A stretch of DNA of 64,000 bases from Utricularia gibba. Taxonomy: Eukaryota > Plantae > Magnoliophyta. A program made the position numbers and the translations under genes. The notes beneath the pieces are model-generated. The model saw only the letters and a list, made by a program, of their open reading frames with translations. It was not told the origin of the DNA and searched no databases. Shown piece after piece: positions 13,706-26,100 of this stretch; position 1 is the stretch's first letter, and the number at the start of each line of letters is the position of its first letter. The stretch spans positions 1,116,001-1,180,000 of the forward strand of contig CM007992.1 in assembly GCA_002189035.1 (NCBI GenBank). Reading direction: 5' to 3'.

Positions 13706-13893
13706 GATCGGACTGCCGCAGAACTGACAAGGCGAAAACTTTCAAGAGTCGGACGTCGATAAGACGGAAGCAATTACCGGATACAACTCAGGCTTGCCAC
13801 CGCTGCCGCCGCTAACACACCACGGTGGGGTTCCGGGAAACGAATAAACGACGACGAGTTTGATTGGATCAGGGCTCGGTTCCTGTCTTAATT

Positions 13894-13899
13894 GGGCTG
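13894..13899. promoter_or_regulatory. Site II element (TGGGCT) in the short divergent interval between NSA2 and the F-box remnant
   Basis: TGGGCT at 13894-13899. A TGGGCC site II motif also lies upstream of NOC3 (6961-6966). These motifs are typical of translation and ribosome-biogenesis gene promoters. Confidence 0.45.
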
Positions 13900-14046
13900 G
13901 CCTCAATTTAATAATAAACACTGTTTTCTTTATAATTAAAAAAATCAAATAAATTCGAATCCCTAATGTCACGTTGAGGTTCGCCATTTTTTTCTCCGAA
14001 GTCGAAAAGCTGAGGTTTTCTCGTCTAGTGTAGTACTCAGTTGTTT

Positions 14047-15084
14047 ATGGGTCATCGGAGCCACCGCACAGACGCTGCCTATCGAAGAATGCTTACGGGA
14101 ACAACGGGTTTCCTACTGATGCACAAATCAGTATACTCTGGAGGCTTCCAGTGAAATCCTTGTGTAAGTTCAAATGTGTATCATCAAGGATCTCTACTTT
14201 ATTTTGGCGCACTTGGAGCAATCCTCGAAGACACTGTGTTTACTTTAGGGAGAATGGCCGACGCTTCCGCGGATGTTGGGGTCACGCCGCGGACGCTGCT
14301 TGATGTTAGTTCATTGAATTTTGATGCCTCTGGCAAGAACGCGGATTTTTCATTCTGTGTGGATGCTAGTGTTTTGTGGATACTTCCCACGAAAGGGGAT
14401 CTCATTTGTAATCCATGTACGCAGGTGGTAAAGAAACTCCTGGAGGCCAAGTCAAATGACTGTGTAGAGTATTTGGTTGGGATGGGATATATAAAGGACC
14501 GGGGAGTATGTTTTGTTTCGGTGAATAGTTTGAAGTATCATGGTGCCAGAATTGGATTTGAGCTGCTAAGCTTGAAAGATGAAGAGGATTGTGATTGTGA
14601 GTGGAAATTTATGGATACTCTTTGCCCGTTTATGTTTTTGATTGGGTATTTTTTCTGGATAATGCCTTCTATTTTTTTTAGAAGAACTCATTGTAAGTGC
14701 CAGGGAGCCAGACGAAGTTATTGTGTCTTTTCATCTAAAAGATGAGCAGTTTGGAACTTAAACTCCTAAAGGCCTTTTTAATTCGTTCGGTTCATATTCC
14801 TTGGTGGAATTTGGAGACAACTACGTCTGCTAGATGATGAATCATTCCCTGACGATGGACAAATATGGTTGCTGAAGGATCTCAACAACCATGCATGGGT
14901 TCGCCAACTCAAATCTGATATGAGTGTTTGTCCCTGTGGCACGTTGGGACCAAGCTCTCTTTTGGATCTCTGGGATGAGAAAATATTGATAGATGCCTCC
15001 TTACGGTTAATGTGGAGTAAGCGCGAGCCAATCATAAGAGGTTTTCAACAAGTGATCAACTCATGCCTACGAAAAGAGAGATAG
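14047..15084 (+). pseudogene. F-box / F-box-associated domain pseudogene, intronless
   Basis: F-box motif FPTDAQISILWRLPVKSLCKFKCVS starts at 14109. FBA-type pieces lie in other frames: KGDLICNPCTQVVKKL, VIVSFHLKDEQF, LVEFG, QIWLLKDLNNHAWV. At least four frame changes and an in-frame TAA near 14759. Confidence 0.75.
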
Positions 15085-18000
15085 TCGCAGCTCAGTGAAC
15101 CAATGAACCATTGGGCGTTGATGCACATCAGATTAAGATTATGATTCTTAGCTACCTGGATAATGATATTAGCTACTACGCGCTCCAGTGCATTAACATT
15201 TGGTTTTGAAGTTGACTTCTTCCAATAGTTTTTCATTTCGCAGTGCCTTTGTCGACATCTGCAGTGACAATCTATTCCAGTGCTTATCTGATCCGTTTTC
15301 TTTCTGAAATGCCATCTCTATTTCTACTGTGTTGCTTTCCATGTATTTCACCTGGGGTGTAAATTTCACCCTGTACAGAAACCCCAACCAACATTATGCG
15401 TGAGTTGGATTTGGTTTCATATTTTTTACAGTGTTGGTTTGGGTTTGGGTTCGGGTTCGGGTTCGGATTCATAAATATGAACCAGAATGAACTTTTAAAC
15501 ATAGTAGGCACTTTCAAGTCGTGGCAAGGCTCAAATTGTATGCTGTAAAATACATTTTGGCTGTCAGCCGTCAAAGGTGAGGGCCATGCCGTGGTGCGGT
15601 CCATAGTTTGAACTCACGCACATTTATGAACTTTGTCAGTTTGCCAAATTGTTGATGTTTGAAACTTTTCTTCACATTGGTGCTTCATCCTATTGTATGG
15701 TTGCTACTCATCATCTTTATTGATCACAAATTTTGTGGGTCAGGTGTGCTGAAGCAGTTTAGATTTTACATGATTTGGGCATGCTATATGATCCACAAAC
15801 GTCCACAAATGTTGAGAGAAGGGAGTGCCAGAGGAGCATTTAAGAGTATATTCCTTTTTCCCTGATGTGGGAGAGGTTAGTAGTTGTCATTACTTCGCTT
15901 CTTACAATGCGCATGTGGCACTCTTACAGAATTTGCGTGTGTAATAAGTGTTACTTTTTCCATTAGTTGACTATAGAAGACCTGAGGAGAAGGAATCTTT
16001 TTGTTCACGTGGATCCGCATTGGAAATGATGCGTTTATTTTCAAAAAGAAACTTTATCTTCTTTTACTTAGTCTCACTTTTTTTCCATCTTCCTTCCATT
16101 GGCACGTAGTTGCTAGAATTCCACGTAGCAAATAGATGTAGACATATTTATTTGAGTTTTGAAAGGTATTCACGGATATGTTTGATTCTATTACTTTCAA
16201 AATTTGTTTCTAATAGAATAGAAGTTGAGAGCTTCCATCTTCTTATTTTTGAAGTAGAAGTCATTCACGTTTAATAACAAAACTATTTTTGAGAAGTAAA
16301 ATTTAGTTTCAAATAAATCCTATCACTCATCCCTTCCCCTCCTCCCCTATTTCTCTTATCATCGACATGAGTTGCCCTCTCTCCTCGTAGTTGCTTCCTG
16401 CGTAAAATAATCACTCCTGTCAGCTTTAATCCTTGGAACAGCAAAACTTTGTTATATTTTTTACTCTTTGTGCCAGACCCAACACCAGAAGTCCTACTTT
16501 TTAGCAAGTACATGAGAACTTAAGGAAACTCCAGCAATGTTAGATATTGGCTAAGGATGAACATGAAACGTGTATATTTTGTTGATCCAGTTGTAACTCT
16601 ACCATGCTATTGCTAATTGCACAGGTCTTATTTGGTGGTTTTCGTGGAAATCGAGATGAGGCTGGACCACTGGTGACAGCAAAATTTCTCCATGTGAGAA
16701 TGATGAAGAAGTCGGATATGTTTATTTATTCGTTGGTAGCTTCTGAGAAGCAGACTTGAGGAGCCTGTGGACCATCTGATGTTTGGGTTTTCTTTGGCTC
16801 CCATGCACTTTCCAAGCATAATGCTTATCTTCGCCTTTATGTCCCCTTCCAATGAAAAAACAGAGAGGGTAGGTATTCTTTCCTTGCTCTGTAATGTAAG
16901 CTGATGAGTTTGCTCTCAACATCTGGTTTAACGAGCTTGTCTTTCTCCCATCTTCATCACTTCTGCTTTGTGTGTTGGTGGAAGTGGTCTCTTTTAGCCT
17001 TTCTTTTGTCCTTTTGTGTTACTCATGCCGTGGGGCATCATGACTGGTGGGGAAGTGTAGAGCTTGAATTATTCCTGATTTTGGCTGTTTGTGGACGTTG
17101 GTAGGGGGGGACGCCCCCCACGTGACCGCATGTGCCAAGGATTTGTTTGTCTTTATCTGACTGTTGTTTTTAGTTTATAAATGGTTAGAAATTGTAATAT
17201 TTAAATGCCTGTGTTAAAATCTCTGTCTTAAATCAATAAAAAAACCATGAATCATGTGAATAGTTGGTGCAGAGTTTGAAGGGTTCAATGATAGTTTAAA
17301 TTATAGTTGAATTGTGATTATTTTTTTTATATTTTAAATTGATTCGAATTTAAAATAGTCTTGAACAGTTTATAATTTAAAATGATTCAATCAATTTTTA
17401 AAATAATGGTTAAACCCTAAAATTTTGGGAAACACAAGTCCCCACCTCAAATTTTCATTATTGGCGTTCAGGTTTCAAATCCTAAAAATGATCATCTTCA
17501 ATTTTTTTTGCATATAATAAAAAAAATTGACATTGAAGTTGACATTTTTTTCTATAGTGCAAGGATAGTGACAATATACTGTTTCATGGACTCTGCTTTG
17601 ACTACATATCTCAAGAATTGAGTATTGGCTTCTGAGAATCAGGTAAGTGGACACAACCTCAATGTGGTTGTAATAAGGAATCAAAATTTTAAACAAATAA
17701 AGAAATTACAAAATGAAAAAAATATATATTTGCTTTGACTACCCTAATCACACTATTCTATTCATTTTTTGGATGTATGTGGAAAAAAATTTAAGTAATT
17801 ATCTTAAAAAAACTCGAATGTTTAATATTTTCATAAAATTAGTCTCTACTTTTTTAACGTAAATTATGTATTTTATCTTCATTAATAAAATCAATCACCT
17901 AGATGTTTTACATATTGAACATAATTCGTTTTTAAAACTTTGACATATCGAATATAATTAGTGTTCAAATTTATATATTTTAGATGTGTTTTGTTTCTTA

Positions 18001-18404
18001 CTATTTAAACAAAGTTCATAATAATTAAGAAATCATTTAATCAAACTTTTTAAATAGTGTCAATTATTTCAAACAATTAAATATATACTTATTAAATTAT
18101 TAAAATCAATTTTTTCAATAGTATAAATTAGCTTTATCGTTATTTGAAATAGTATAAATTAATGACACCAACACAGAAAAGCCAAAATCCAAGTAAAGAC
18201 GATGGTTTGGGAGTTCGTTCAGTGCACTTGGACACGACGGTGGCTACGCAAAATTTGTCGCATCATCGTCATCATTATTATTGCCTACCAACGACCAAGT
18301 GGTGCTTCATTGCTTGCTCTTCAATAATGTAATGTAATGGAATGGAATATTATTGTATATGAATAATTTGTACAGTGGAAAATCTCTTTTGTCCTCTCAT
18401 ATGT

Positions 18405-19085
18405 GCTTCTTGTTTTTCCCACTTTTTGCCACATCAAAGAAAATGGCAACATGGTCGTCTGAGGGGAACTTATAAATTTAAACGACTTCTGATATGTGTA
18501 TGAAACAATTGATTAATTTTGGTATAATTTTTGTAAGGTCAAAGGCTTAGTGATGATATTTCATATTAGTTATGGATAGAAGGGATAACGTGCTTAAATT
18601 TATAAATTATCCTAATATTACATAAAGCTTTTTTCTTGAAAAAAGATAACGTAAATTGTAAGAATCGAATGTATAAATTGAATAATATTGTATAAGTACG
18701 AGGATGAGTTGTGATAATTTGTTTGTCTTAGTGATTAAAAAATAAAAGACATTGATTAGATTTTGTAAATTATCTATCTTGATTATTCTTTTTGCATCTA
18801 TATTTGATTTTTTACCACAAAAGAAAATGATGATATGATCGTCTTAGAGAAGCTTACAAATTTAAATGTCTTATGATATGTGTGTGAAAAAATTGATTAA
18901 TTTTGGAATATTTTTTTTCTTAATAACTGAAAAAAATGATGGTGATTAGATTATTGTAAATTATTTATTTTGAGTAAATTTTTATCTATCTTTGATTCTT
19001 TGACACATCAAATAAAATATGTCAGTTTCATAGGAACTTACAAATTTAAACAATTTTTGATGTGTATGAAAAAATTGATTAATTT
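18405..19085. repeat. Degenerate direct repeats (three copies of about 110-120 bp) upstream of the NAC gene
   Basis: Copies near 18405-18520, 18780-18905 and 18980-19085 share CTTA(C/T)AAATTTAAA ... TGTGT(A/G)TGAAA ... AATTGATTAATTT. Confidence 0.7.
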
Positions 19086-20812
19086 CGATTACATTCGTAT
19101 GATTCATCATAAATAACATTTTTTCCTATGTGTAATGTTGCAATGTTATGTGGTTACTAAATTTTATTAAAGTTCTCTATACCAACAATTTTATTACATG
19201 ATTGTACATTTTGACCATCCTATTTTATACTTTCTCATTATTTGGACTAGTACCTTCCCATGTGGTAACTCATTAATCTAAACATACTTAATTTTCCATT
19301 AAGAAATTTCCATCATGTTCAAAAAAAATAAAAAGATTCCATGCAAAATTTTCACATTAGGGCATCTTTATCTATTTTTGGAAATCTCTAAATCCACATC
19401 AGATTATTAATTTTCATGAAATCCGATAAATGACTTTCTATATTTCCTCACATCCATTTTTGAAAACTAGTTTAATATAAATATTTAAAAAAATAAAAAA
19501 ATAGTTTTACTTTAACTACAAGTATTAAAAACTTAAAAATATTACATATAACATAAATTGAAATAACTAGAAATAACAAACATACACAATGTTCAATTAC
19601 GCCAACATTTTCGAAAATAGCTAAAAATGTACTAATTTTATTTCATCTTGTTTTTTTACATTTTATCCTTCTTTGGACATTAACAACATTTGTGCATCCT
19701 TAGAAACTCGAAATCCTTGCACCCTTTCTATGATATTATCCATTTCGCATACAAATTATCCAAAAATAATATCATATTTACCACTCTCTTGTGACACACA
19801 ATGTTCATCTAATCACTCATTTTTTTGTAATAATAAAAATAATCAGTCTCCCCCTCTTTATTATTCAGACAAAAGTACAGTAGCCACATCCCTAACAATA
19901 AATAATTATTAGAAAAAACAACTAGGACCTATTGCCCTCTTCCATCCAATGTCAACCAAACAGAAGATCACCACCCCCTAAGGTAGCTTTATTTCATATA
20001 TTGCTTTTTGTTTTTTTTTCATTCAAAAAAGAAAATTTTTAGAAAATCAAGTCTTGTTTTTTTTTTCTTTCAATAAAGAACTTGGAAAGTTGGTGGTAGG
20101 TCCAAATTTGGCAAAGCAAATGTCATAAAAATGATAGATTGAACTTGTACTTAGATTGGATGATTTTTTGAATTTAATTCAATAATTTTTGAAAAAAAAT
20201 AATTTTTTTTGAAAATTCAAAATCTTAGATTTACACCCTTATTTTCATTTTTCATACTATTTTATATTTTATGATATAAATATAATTACTAATTAATGAG
20301 ACTGAAAAATAGATTGAATTCGTTTTTAAAATACTAATTATACCATATGGGATTTATTTCGAATATAAAAAATAATATAATGTTCTTTAAGAAAATAAAT
20401 AAAGTTAGATATAATTATCCAAATATCTTCTGTGTTAATTATTTGAAAAAAAAATGATGTAATCCATTTGTAAACAAAAACATTAGGAAGGCAGAGTGTA
20501 AAAATAAATATGATATTGTAATAATATAATAAGTTTTATCATTTTCTCATCATTTGATATTTTTTTAATTTTTAATTAAATATTTAATTGATAATAATTT
20601 TTTAAAAAAAAGAAAAGAAAAAGAAAATTACACACTCATACGCACATCCTGATTGATGTAAAAGTCGTAGGCTATGGAATGGTTCACCATCCTCAGTTCC
20701 GTTCAAACTTCTCTGTCTGTTATATATACGAGAAGCTATTTACAGCGCAGCCACTTGGAGTTCTCATCCTCCTCTTCCTTCTTCACCTTTCAGAGCCGAA
20801 AGGGATTCTAAA

Positions 20813-22593
20813 ATGAGCAGCTTAAGCGATGTGGAAGCGAATCTTCCACCAGGGTTCAGGTTCCATCCTCGTGACGAAGAGTTGATTTGCGATTATCTGA
20901 TGAGTTGGGTTTCCGGCGTCGGCCACCACTTTCCGATGATTAGTAAAGTGGAGCTCAATAAGTGCGAACCTTGGGAAATTCCTGGTAAACATCCAATGTT
21001 CAAAGTTGTTTGCTTTTTGTTGTTTTTTTGTTTTCAAGAAGAAGATACTGTTTTGTCTGTAAGGTTGTTGATGAATTGCGTGAGAGAAGTTGACCGGTGA
21101 TTTCTACAATCGTTTCTGATGTTAATTCTTTCTGGGCTCTCTACTGATCATTCCCTAAGTCCACTCGCAGCTGTTTTTGTTGATTGAAGGAGAAAATTAG
21201 GCATGTAGATAAGATGAAAGAGAAGAAAAGTTCCAGTAAACGAAATATGAATACGAGGATTTTGCTTTTCCAACCTTCCTAAAAAAGCGATTCTTGATCT
21301 CTGCTTTATTTCCAACCACCATCTGTAGGTCCTTTGTTTTCTTCAGGGGATCTGAGTTGAGGAATTTTTGTCTCAGCTTCATCGTTGGCTTTGCTTTTCA
21401 GAACTTATTCCTCGTTTAGTAGCCCTGATCCCTCATTCTAAAACAAATGAATTGTACCTGACCTTTGATTTTTTCTTTTCTTTTTTTATGTAGAAACTGC
21501 ATGTGTTGGAGGCAAAGACTGGTACTTTTACTGTTTAAGGGACAGGAAATATGCCACCGGTGTGAGAACCAACCGTGCCACCATGTCCGGTTATTGGAAG
21601 GCTACCGGAAAAGATCGACCGATTTCTCGGAAAGGAATTCAAGTTGGTATGCGGAAGACTCTTGTTTTCTATCAGGGCAGAGCTCCCAAAGGCAGAAAAA
21701 CCGATTGGGTGATGCATGAATTCCGACTGGAAGAAGGACCACTAGGCCCCGGTGTGAATCCAGCTGAGCCTACTGCCAAGGTAAATCCTTATCCTTTTTA
21801 ACACTCATCAGTAGCCTGATCTTCCCTTTTAACTGCAACCAATCCATTTTTTTCTATTCCCCTAGTTTTAGAGTCTACTTTTGAAGCAGTCCATGATTTT
21901 GATTGGGTAGTGTCTTTCTTCCTTCCATGTAAGAAACACTGAAAGAGGCTGTTTACAAAAATGCCAAGGAGCTTGGGAGGATCTGTGAAACTTTCCTAGC
22001 GTTGATTATTGCTGTCCCTTTTTGTTGTATTTAGTGAGTCGCGACAAACTCTCTGTCCTTTCTGCCATTTGAGTTGCAATTTTATTCAATTCCAAGTACA
22101 GCTGCATATGATAGCCATATTCATTGCAGGAGGACTGGGTCCTATGCAGAGTATTCAAGAAAAGGTCAGACATCTCAAGCAAGCAACAGCCCCCGTCGAC
22201 GACTTGCCATCCCCATCATCATCGACGGATCACTACGCCGCCCTCCATCACCGCACCGCCGCGGGTCACCACCGTGAGCAAGTGCCCTGCTTCTCCATTC
22301 TCACACCCTCACAACCCAACCCCGGTTTCTCCCCTTTCACTGCTCAGCCACTCAGCCAACCTGACGCGGCGAAGTTCCTGCCGCACTTCGGTGCCTACAC
22401 GGCGTCGTCTGCTCTGTCTTCCGATGATCCAGCGCCCTGCAACATATGGGAGATCAGAAGTGTGTTTAACCATTACGCTAAAAGGGAAGCCTCCTTGGAT
22501 CATCACGGCGCCGGAATCTATGAATCTGGAGAAGGAAGCTGCGACAGTTATCTCTCCGAAGCTGATCTTTCTTCCATGTGGAACCAGTACTAG
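20813..22593 (+). CDS. NAC1: NAC transcription factor, NAC1 (NAC021/022)-like, 3 exons, with an apparent 1-nt frameshift
   Basis: Exons 20813-20984, 21494-21780 and 22130-22593. NAC subdomains [55 protein letters not shown]. The NAC1-type tail (EQVPCFS ... [21 protein letters not shown]) is one base out of frame, most simply explained at the C run 22190-22194. Confidence 0.88.
22277..22297 (+). promoter_or_regulatory. miR164 target site
   Basis: AGCAAGTGCCCTGCTTCTCCA versus the perfect complement TGCACGTGCCCTGCTTCTCCA of miR164 (UGGAGAAGCAGGGCACGUGCA): two mismatches, both opposite the miRNA 3' part. Confidence 0.93.
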
Positions 22594-23087
22594 CCGGAGA
22601 TCAAAGACCGAACTTTGAAGCTTCAAGACTAAGATTTTGTGGGCAGGAGCGACAACCACTCGTGTGTTATAACATGTATTCATGCTCTTGTACATTAGTA
22701 CTCTTGTTGTCTTAAGTCAGGATCCCTAAGCCTGCGTTGTGAATAAAATCCTAATTTTAAAATTCAAAAAAAATGTCACATGTTCAAAAATCACAATTAT
22801 TGTTTATATATTTGATATATAAATTATTAATATTATGCGTTAGATAGCAATATTTAAAAATAAGGATTTATAAATAAATAATATAAATATATCAATCATA
22901 CGAGTTAATTAATGTCTTTGAAATTATTTACGTGTGGCATAAAGAAATTATGGTGCCCTTGAAGAGATTGAAATAAAGAAATTGTTTTGAAGTAAATAAG
23001 AAATAAAAATTTGTGGTATTTAGAGTCGTTTAATTTTTAAAAATTTTAATCTTTTAACTGTTATGTAATAAAATTAGAAATTTGTAT

Positions 23088-24765
23088 TATGTGATTAATT
23101 TTAAAAATTATTAAATTTATTGAATCTATATTTTAGTAATTACATAAAAATGAATTAGAAAAAATATATTATTTAATTTTAATCTATTTTTTAAAAAAAT
23201 ATATTTATATCATAATATTAGACTATATACTAATTATTATAATATTAAAATTTATAATATAATTTTATACTATACTACAAAATAGTTTTATAATTTATCA
23301 CAGATACAAAATACAGAATATGTCCAAAATTTTAAGATTAGTGATTTTGATGACTTTTTTTTGTATAACATGTGTTTAGAAAGAGCATACTAAATATTTT
23401 TTTAAAACAATTATGGTCTATTTTATATTCTAGGTTACCAAATATGGGTTAGAAGTATATGAAAATTAAAAATAGAAATTCCATAGATTTTTCCAAAGCA
23501 GGTTGGGATACCTATGATTCAACCCTCCATTTTTTAGACAGTTTACAACCCAAAAAGAAAAAAAAAATGTGTCTTCAAATCTCAATAAATTAATTAATTT
23601 TTTTAAATCGGACATTTTCAACTGCGCCACGTCATCCTCCTCGTGACCAACAATTATACCTACCTACTCATGTGTCTGTGATTATGAGCTTAATGTCAAA
23701 TGATGCTTTTTTAATCAATATTCAATAGGACGGTTAAATTATTCAAACCTACTTATGGAAGATCCGCATTTTTGTAAGAATCTTATCTAAATCCGTACAA
23801 ATTATATTCTATTTTTGCTACCATGGTTTATATTTTCTCCTTTTCTTTTAATATAATTAAGAATTTTTGGAGGTTATAGATTATTTAAAACACATGAAAA
23901 TATAAAACTTATGAAATACAAATATAATGTTATGCCGACCTTAAAATATCAAAGTATTAAAATTTTAATATTAATTAAAATCTCTACAGAATTGAACAAC
24001 GTTTTCACAAGTAATAAATTGGTGATTGATATGTTACATGTATTTTGCATATTTATTTAAAATAGTATTGTATTCGATAGACATGTTTAGAATAAATATT
24101 TTATAATTTTCTGTATAAGAAAAATAACTTAGAATATGAGTTTTGAAATATTCAACCCAAAGTGTTTCACAGTTACTTGGTAAAATACTAATATATTGTT
24201 AAACGAACCTATTTATTAATACACAGTTATTAAATCAATCTATCCAGCATCCCCTAACATGTGTTTTACAATTCAAAACTAAATAATAGCATGAAGTATC
24301 AATTATCAACAAAATTAGATGATTATCAAAATCTTGATTTCTGAAAACTAATAACCTTATATAAGTAAATGCTATCCCAACCAAAAATATCCAAAAAATG
24401 AAGCACAACCATGGTTTCCAAAGTAGAATGCTTTGGGCCTGTTCTATGTTATGAATTTTATGAAATGATTATGTTTAATTTTTTAAGATTTTAATTTTTA
24501 ATTATTTTATAGTAAAATCATAAATTCGGATTCTGTGATTAATCTTTTAGAAATTATTGAATTTCTTCAATCTCTGTTTCAAAGATTAAATAAGAGATTA
24601 ATTAGAAAAACTATACTATTTACATTTTATCTATTCTAAAAATATATTTATATTATAACATTAAAGTATATAATAATTTTATATATTAAACTTTATATAT
24701 ATATTTTACCTTATTAATTTTATAATATAATTTTATTTTATTCTACAAAATAGTTTTACAATAAT
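23088..24765. repeat. Two copies of an AT-rich repeat of about 200-230 bp (23088-23290 and 24533-24765)
   Basis: Collinear shared blocks GTGATTAAT, AATATATTTATAT, TTATAATATAATTTTAT and CTACAAAATAGTTTTA. Confidence 0.65.
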
Positions 24766-26100
24766 CAAATTGATTCTATTTACGAAATATTAAAATTTAT
24801 TCTCTTTTACATAATCTGAAACACAGATTCAAATTACATAGCAACCCCTCACTCCTCAGTCACATACAATTTCTAAATTTCTAGAAACAAAAATATATAT
24901 TCAGTTGCCAAATTAGCCAAGTCAAAGGACTCTTAACAAATCATATCCATCCTTTAAGCCGCACATGTGATTTTTTGTACGGCCGCCACAATTCTGAAAA
25001 TAACAGAATAATAGAGACATAGGAACAGTAATTTCAATCCAAATATAAAAATGTGACGCGTGAGATAAAAAAAAAGGCCCAAATTCCCTGCGTTCCAGGG
25101 CTACCATTTATTTTATTAAAAAATATAATTTAACTGATAAAACAATCCAAAGGTCAACTGTCTATTAGTCCTTTTCCTACGGTAATTATGCAACGTGGAC
25201 TTCATTAAAAAAATAGATGCCTATCACTCTTAAGGCAAACAACCTAAATTAGTAGGGATATTTTTGTCTTTCCAACTGGTAGTACGGACGGGCCTGGGCT
25301 GGTTTGAATTAAAATCTGGAGGCCCAACATGGGTTCCAGGCCCATACCTAGATGCAGCCCTTTGAATCATTATTTTAAAAATATAATAATATTACTGTAA
25401 TTGGAATTTATCTCGATATTTTACTATGTTTTAATTTTTTTAATATAATTTTTTAATTATTTTAATAAGTTATATTAAAATAAACTCCAGAAATGGGTAG
25501 GAGGGTGTGAACATCCCATCCGATAGGAGCAGCGCATGCACGTCCTCTTTGACGGATTGCAACATTGGTTTCCCACCGCAACCCAAAGAGACCACGACGG
25601 AACTGTACGGAAATTCGGGAATTTTTTGGGTAAAAATAAAATTACTGAAAAAATAGTTTATTTTTTTACGATAAATTTTTTTTGGAAAAAAAATAGAATT
25701 TAGGATAAAAATGGTGATTTTTTTTTTTTGAACCGGCGGGGCAGGCCGGAAAACCGGTCGGTGGAGACCTTTTTTGTTCGGGTGAGAAATTTATTTATTT
25801 TTGTTCATGAAATGTGATTATTTTTATTGTAATATTGGAGCGCGGACGGACGCCATTGTTGACTGGGTGGCCTCTTAAAGGTCTTCGGGTAACGTTGTAG
25901 TTATGAGATACGACCCGTTCCTTGGGAGCCCATACTCGCGGGGGTGACGCGGAGAGAGAATCTGAGCTCAAAGACTGAAAGTTTCCCAGGTGGGTTTTTC
26001 TTGATTTCTTTCTCTCTTGCCATCTCTTCCGAATACAACATGTCTGATTGTTTTCTGGGTTTTGTGATCTAGAGTTGTTGCTTGGGAGGGGGAGACAGGA

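Noticed and set aside
15436-15470. Interstitial telomere (GGGTTT/GGGTTC hexamers)
   Set aside because: Only about six degenerate units, and not the TTTAGGG motif. Treated as a simple repeat.
16700-16779. Possible extra C/D snoRNA (AUGAUGA ... CUGA, 80 nt)
   Set aside because: I could not find a terminal stem or a convincing rRNA/snRNA guide of 10 nt or more, and such boxes occur by chance.
17104-17119. G7-ACG-C6 hairpin as a functional element
   Set aside because: It is a single short palindrome with no further context.
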